Translations under genes and position numbers: made by a program
Source: Candidatus Limnocylindrales bacterium
GTDB lineage: Bacteria > Chloroflexota > Limnocylindria > Limnocylindrales > CSP1-4
Length of the DNA: 64,000 nt
Reading direction: 5' to 3'
NCBI GenBank assembly: GCA_035688805.1
Contig: DASSMQ010000006.1
Span: forward strand, 15,012-79,011
Shown: piece by piece, positions 60,084 to 64,000 of the stretch
Numbering within the stretch: the stretch's first letter is position 1
Layout: each line of letters begins with the position of its first letter
Notes under the pieces: generated by a model
Databases searched by the model: none
The model's input: only the letters and a program-made list of their open reading frames with translations
What the model was told of the DNA's origin: nothing

Positions 60084-61135
60084 CCGATGGGCTGCGCACC
60101 AGCGTCGTCGGATCGCACGCCCGACCGTCCTGGTTCGTCGCCGGGATCGCCGCCGCGGAACGCGGGGAATTCGGGCCGGCCGACCTCGCCGAGATGCTCG
60201 ACGACGGGGTGGACCTCGCGATCCGCGACCAGGAGGATGCGGGTATCGACCTGGTCAGCGACGGGGAGATGCGCCGTGCCGGATTCTTCACCGCCGAGTT
60301 CTACCTGCGGATCAGCGGCGTCCGGGCCCTGCCAGCGGACCGCCGACTCGGCGCCGGTGGCCACGACCAGCAGCATCGGTTCGAGGTCCTCGAGCCGATC
60401 GCCGCGCCCGACGGCCTCGGCGTGGTCGCCGAGTACCGCTACGCCGCGACTCGCGCGCATCGGCCGCTGAAGGTGACCATCCCCGGTCCGTACACGCTTT
60501 CTGGTCGGTTGCGCACCGGTCCCGGCGAGGTCTACCGCGACCGGGAGGCCGCCGCCGAGGCATTCGTGCCGATCCTGCGGGACGAGCTCCAGGCGCTGGT
60601 CGCTGCGGGCGCGCAGCACATCCAGATCGATGACCCGTCGCCGGCGATCCACCCGGATGCCCCGTCGGATGTGGCCGGGTTGTTCAACGCCGCCGTCGAG
60701 CCCGTGGTCGGTCGGGTCAGGCTGGGGGCGCACCTGTGCTTCGGCAACTACCTCGGACGGCCACTCGCACGGCGCACCTACCGGCCCGTGATGCGGGCCA
60801 TGCTCGAATTCCGCGTCGACGAGCTCGTCCTGGAGTTCGCCAATCGGGAGATGGCCGAGGTCGAGCTGCTCGGGGAGATCGCCTCGGCCGGGCGCGACGT
60901 CGCCGCGGGGATCGTCGATGTCAAGAACTACCACCTCGAGACGCCCGACGAGGTCGCCGAGCGTGCGGACGCGGTCCTCGCCGCGGGCGTTCCGGCTGAG
61001 CGGCTCAGCCTCGTCCCAGACTGTGGGTTCAGCCAGACGGCTCGCTGGGCGACCGTCGCCAAGCTTCGCGCACTCGTCGCCGGCCGCGACCTGGTCGCCG
61101 GTCGCGTCGGTCGACAGGAGGGATCGCATGGATAG
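60080..61135 (+). CDS. MetE C-terminal-like (cobalamin-independent methionine synthase family / URO-D-like) protein
   Basis: ATGA overlap. [13 protein letters not shown] ... SDGEMRR ... HLCFGNY ... VPDCGF are typical of Meth_synt_2 family members. Confidence 0.72.
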   Translation: MTDGLRTSVVGSHARPSWFVAGIAAAERGEFGPADLAEMLDDGVDLAIRDQEDAGIDLVSDGEMRRAGFFTAEFYLRISGVRALPADRRLGAGGHDQQHRFEVLEPIAAPDGLGVVAEYRYAATRAHRPLKVTIPGPYTLSGRLRTGPGEVYRDREAAAEAFVPILRDELQALVAAGAQHIQIDDPSPAIHPDAPSDVAGLFNAAVEPVVGRVRLGAHLCFGNYLGRPLARRTYRPVMRAMLEFRVDELVLEFANREMAEVELLGEIASAGRDVAAGIVDVKNYHLETPDEVAERADAVLAAGVPAERLSLVPDCGFSQTARWATVAKLRALVAGRDLVAGRVGRQEGSHG

Positions 61136-62327
61136 CCACCGCATCTCGCTACTCGGCACCGGGCTGATCGGTGACTTCTACACCTCGACGCTGCACGGCC
61201 AGCGCGGTCGCGACCGGGTCGAGGTCGTGTATTCGCGCAGCGACGCCCGAACGGCGGCGTTCAAGAAGCGCTGGGATATCCCGGTCGCCACGACCGACAT
61301 CGACGCGGCCATCGAGCATCCCGACACCGACGTCGTGGTGGTCGCCTTGCCCAACTTCCTGCACGTCGACGCGGTCGAGCGGGTCGCCCGCGCGGGGAAG
61401 GCCGTCCTGTGCACCAAGCCACTCGGTCGGACCGCCGACGAGGCGCGCCGGATGCTCGAGGCGGTCGAGTCGGCCGGCGTGTTCGGCGGCTACCTCGAGG
61501 ACCTGGTCTACACGCCAAAGACGCTCAAGGCGGCCGCCGCTGTGGCCGGGGGTGCCGTCGGCGAGGTGACGTGGGTCCGCTCGCGCGAGGCCCATCCGGG
61601 CCCGCACTCGGCCTGGTTCTGGGATGGCCGTCTGACCGGTGGCGGCGCGATCATCGACCTGGGCTGTCATTGCATCGAGATCATCCGGACCTTCGTCGGC
61701 AAGGGCGATCGGCCGGTCGACGTGATGTGCCACACCGACACCCTGGTCCACCCGATCAGCGACGAGGACAACGCCGTCGCGCTCATCCGATTCGAATCGG
61801 GCGCTGTCGGCCAGTTCGAGGTCAGCTGGACGTTCCGGGGCGGCATGGACCTACGCGACGAGGTCGCCGGCACCCACGGCACGATCTGGTTGAACCATTT
61901 CCTGCGGACCGGCTTCGAGATGTTCACGGCCGGCGGCGCCGGGGGCTACGTGGCCGAGAAGGCGGAGACCGAAGCGGGCTGGCTGTTCCCCGTCGGCGAC
62001 GAGACCGCCGAGCTCGGCTACGTCGACATGTTCAGCGACATGTTCCGCGCGATGGAGACGGGCAACGACCCCCGTGAGACCTTCTACGACGGCTACGTCG
62101 TGAACGCGGTCATGGATGCCTGCTACCGGTCGGCGGCGAGCGGCAACTGGGCCCCGGTCGACCTCGAGTGGCGCGGCGGCACGACCGCGCGCATCGCGTC
62201 GACACCGGAACGGTACGAGGGCCAGGTCGTCATCAAGCGCGAGATGCTGCCCGACGGCCGGCACAAGCTGATCCTCAAGGACGAGGCGACCGGCGACTTC
62301 AGCGATCGCGTGGTGGCGGCAGGCTGA
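61128..62327 (+). CDS. Gfo/Idh/MocA-family NAD(P)-dependent oxidoreductase
   Basis: 8-nt overlap, with GGAGGG upstream. [13 protein letters not shown] Rossmann motif and CTKPL (EKP-like). Confidence 0.85.
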   Translation: MDSHRISLLGTGLIGDFYTSTLHGQRGRDRVEVVYSRSDARTAAFKKRWDIPVATTDIDAAIEHPDTDVVVVALPNFLHVDAVERVARAGKAVLCTKPLGRTADEARRMLEAVESAGVFGGYLEDLVYTPKTLKAAAAVAGGAVGEVTWVRSREAHPGPHSAWFWDGRLTGGGAIIDLGCHCIEIIRTFVGKGDRPVDVMCHTDTLVHPISDEDNAVALIRFESGAVGQFEVSWTFRGGMDLRDEVAGTHGTIWLNHFLRTGFEMFTAGGAGGYVAEKAETEAGWLFPVGDETAELGYVDMFSDMFRAMETGNDPRETFYDGYVVNAVMDACYRSAASGNWAPVDLEWRGGTTARIASTPERYEGQVVIKREMLPDGRHKLILKDEATGDFSDRVVAAG

Positions 62328-62343
62328 CGGCCCGCCGCCCGCG

Positions 62344-63690
62344 TCAGCCGGTCGGGGCGAGCCGCAGCGCCGGTGCCGCGGCCGGGTGACCGGCCTCGAG
62401 CCAGCGGCCGATCGACTCGCGCGCGAACAGCTGGTCAACGACCATCGCCGACGCGCCGATGACGCCGGCGAGGCCGCCGAGCGACGAGTGGGCGATGCGC
62501 AGGTCCCGCGTCGCCAGAGGCAACGATCGGCGCTCGACCGTCTGGCGGATCGCGGCGATGAACGACTCCGGGCTATTCGCGACGCCGCCGCCGATCACGA
62601 TCAGCGACGGGTTGAAGAAGTTCACGACGCTCGCCAGCATCGACCCGACCCGGCGGCCGGCCGTGTCGAGCATGGCCGCCGCCACGGGGTCGCCGAAGGA
62701 TGCGGCTCGCGCGACGTCCTCGGCCGTGACCTGGCCGGTCCGGTCGAGGGCCCCGGCCAGACGCACGCTGCGACCCTCCCGGGCGGCGAGTTCGCCCGCT
62801 CGCCCCAGAGCGCCACCACCGGCATATGCCTCGAGGCACCCGACGTTCCCACACCGGCAGACGACCGAGGGGTCGTCCGAGACGCCGATATGGCCGACGT
62901 CCCCGGCACTGCCCTGGGCGCCGCGATGGAGGCGACCGTCGGAGATGATCCCGGCCCCGATCCCGGTCCCGACCTTGATGACGACCACGTTGTCGTGGCC
63001 CGACGCGACCCCGGATCGCCATTCCCCGAGGGCCAGCAGGTTGACGTCGTTGTCGACCCAGACCGGCGCCGCGTAGCGCTCTTCGAAGCGCTCCCGGATC
63101 GGGTAGCCGTCCCAGCCGGGCATGATCGGCGGGGAGATCGGTCGACCGGACCCGAACTCGACGGGACCTGGGACACCCACACCGACCCCCCACAGCCGAC
63201 CCGGCACGTCCTTGGCGGTCGCCAGGAGCAGCGCGAACAGGGCGTCGACGCGATCAAGGCACGCCTCGGGGCCGTCCTCGATGCGGGCCGGCTCGTCATG
63301 ATGGCCGAGGATCCGGCCGTCGAGCGTGGTCAGGGCGACGTCGATGCTGGTCGCACCGAGATCGGCGACGAGCACGTGCCCGGCCGTCGCCTTGAACGCC
63401 AGCTGGCGGGGCGGGCGTCCGCCGGTGCTGGGCCCGACGGGGCCTTCGCTGATCAGGCCCCGGTCGAGCAACTCGCCGACCCGACGCGCGACGATCGCGC
63501 GACCGAGCCCCGTCCGCTCGACGAGCTCCGAGCGCGACCGAGACCGCCCCAGGCGGATCTCATCCAGGACCGTGACCAAGTCGTCGAGCACTTCGTCCGG
63601 TAGCGCCGGCGCGGTAGGCGTCGGCAGGTCCTCGTCCACGCCGCGATGATACCCACCGACCCTTGTCACGACCACTTTTGCACTTGACAC
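62344..63690 (-). CDS. ROK-family transcriptional regulator (NagC/XylR type)
   Basis: wHTH (RSELVERTGLGRAIVARRVGELLDRGLI), a ROK core and the zinc motif CRCGNVGCLEAYAGG. A GTG at 63639 is a more likely start than 63690. Confidence 0.85.
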   Translation of the reverse strand: MSSAKVVVTRVGGYHRGVDEDLPTPTAPALPDEVLDDLVTVLDEIRLGRSRSRSELVERTGLGRAIVARRVGELLDRGLISEGPVGPSTGGRPPRQLAFKATAGHVLVADLGATSIDVALTTLDGRILGHHDEPARIEDGPEACLDRVDALFALLLATAKDVPGRLWGVGVGVPGPVEFGSGRPISPPIMPGWDGYPIRERFEERYAAPVWVDNDVNLLALGEWRSGVASGHDNVVVIKVGTGIGAGIISDGRLHRGAQGSAGDVGHIGVSDDPSVVCRCGNVGCLEAYAGGGALGRAGELAAREGRSVRLAGALDRTGQVTAEDVARAASFGDPVAAAMLDTAGRRVGSMLASVVNFFNPSLIVIGGGVANSPESFIAAIRQTVERRSLPLATRDLRIAHSSLGGLAGVIGASAMVVDQLFARESIGRWLEAGHPAAAPALRLAPTG

Positions 63691-63695
63691 GTCAA
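63684..63695. promoter_or_regulatory. inverted repeat TTGAC-AC-GTCAA in the ROK/Gfo divergent region (operator candidate)
   Basis: Read directly. A further repeat block, AGACCATC-TAGACTGTCT-AGACCATC with two TCTAGA palindromes, lies at 63763-63788. Confidence 0.35.
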
Positions 63696-63824
63696 AGTAC
63701 GATCGCTCTAGCAGCGAGGATCGTGCGGCGCGCGCAACACGAGGCGCCGCATCGGGTCGCGCAGACCATCTAGACTGTCTAGACCATCACGGCTCGGCGC
63801 CAGGCAGGAGGAGGCCAGACGCCA

Positions 63825-64000
63825 TTGGCGAATCTCGCGTCCGTCGGCGCCGCCGTCATCGGGACCGGCTTCATCGGCACGGTCCACGTCGAGGCGTTGC
63901 GTCGCATCGGGGTCCAGGTCCGCGGTGTGCTCGGCAGTACCCCGGAGCGTGGCGCGGCACGAGCCGACGATCTCGGGGTGGCCACGGCCTACCGAGACCT
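63825..64000 (+). CDS. Gfo/Idh/MocA-family oxidoreductase, 3' end outside the window
   Basis: A TTG start follows GGAGGAGG by 10 nt. N-terminus VGAAVIGTGFIGTVHVEALRRIG is a Rossmann motif. Confidence 0.7.
   Translation, partial: MANLASVGAAVIGTGFIGTVHVEALRRIGVQVRGVLGSTPERGAARADDLGVATAYRD

Overview
Very GC-rich (about 70% by eye) bacterial chromosomal segment, almost entirely coding, with many 4-8 nt start/stop overlaps. Gene content and order resemble a high-GC Terrabacteria genome (Actinomycetota-like or Chloroflexota-like) that keeps a Firmicutes-type core synteny: lepA-hemW-hrcA-grpE-dnaK with a perfect CIRCE operator, obg-nadD-rsfS, comEA-comEC-holA and rpsT. Other housekeeping genes are gap-pgk-eno, leuS, rho, two tRNA-Ala genes and a partial menA. 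The main accessory content is: (1) a split, LexA-box-controlled mutagenesis cassette (imuA'-imuB plus a coupled 82-aa ORF, and a separate, unusually long dnaE2); (2) an array of CTTGC-N7-GCAAG hairpins at the imuA'/imuB junction, where the imuA' frame has no stop codon; (3) a 3-kb opposite-strand insert between the cassette halves carrying a GH18 hydrolase, a lipoprotein and three single-TM micro-ORFs; (4) a 1223-aa secreted lamin-tail/OB-fold-repeat protein with no catalytic domain; (5) a tightly coupled six-gene catabolic-type operon (SorC regulator, SDR, FAD oxidoreductase, phosphotriesterase-like, MetE-like, Gfo/Idh/MocA) next to a ROK regulator; (6) a CGNR zinc-finger regulator divergent from a low-GC promoter/operator driving two tiny ORFs. 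No rRNA, CRISPR array, transposase or integrase was seen. All calls come from reading the sequence and ORF translations, with no database search, so family names rest on recognised motifs.
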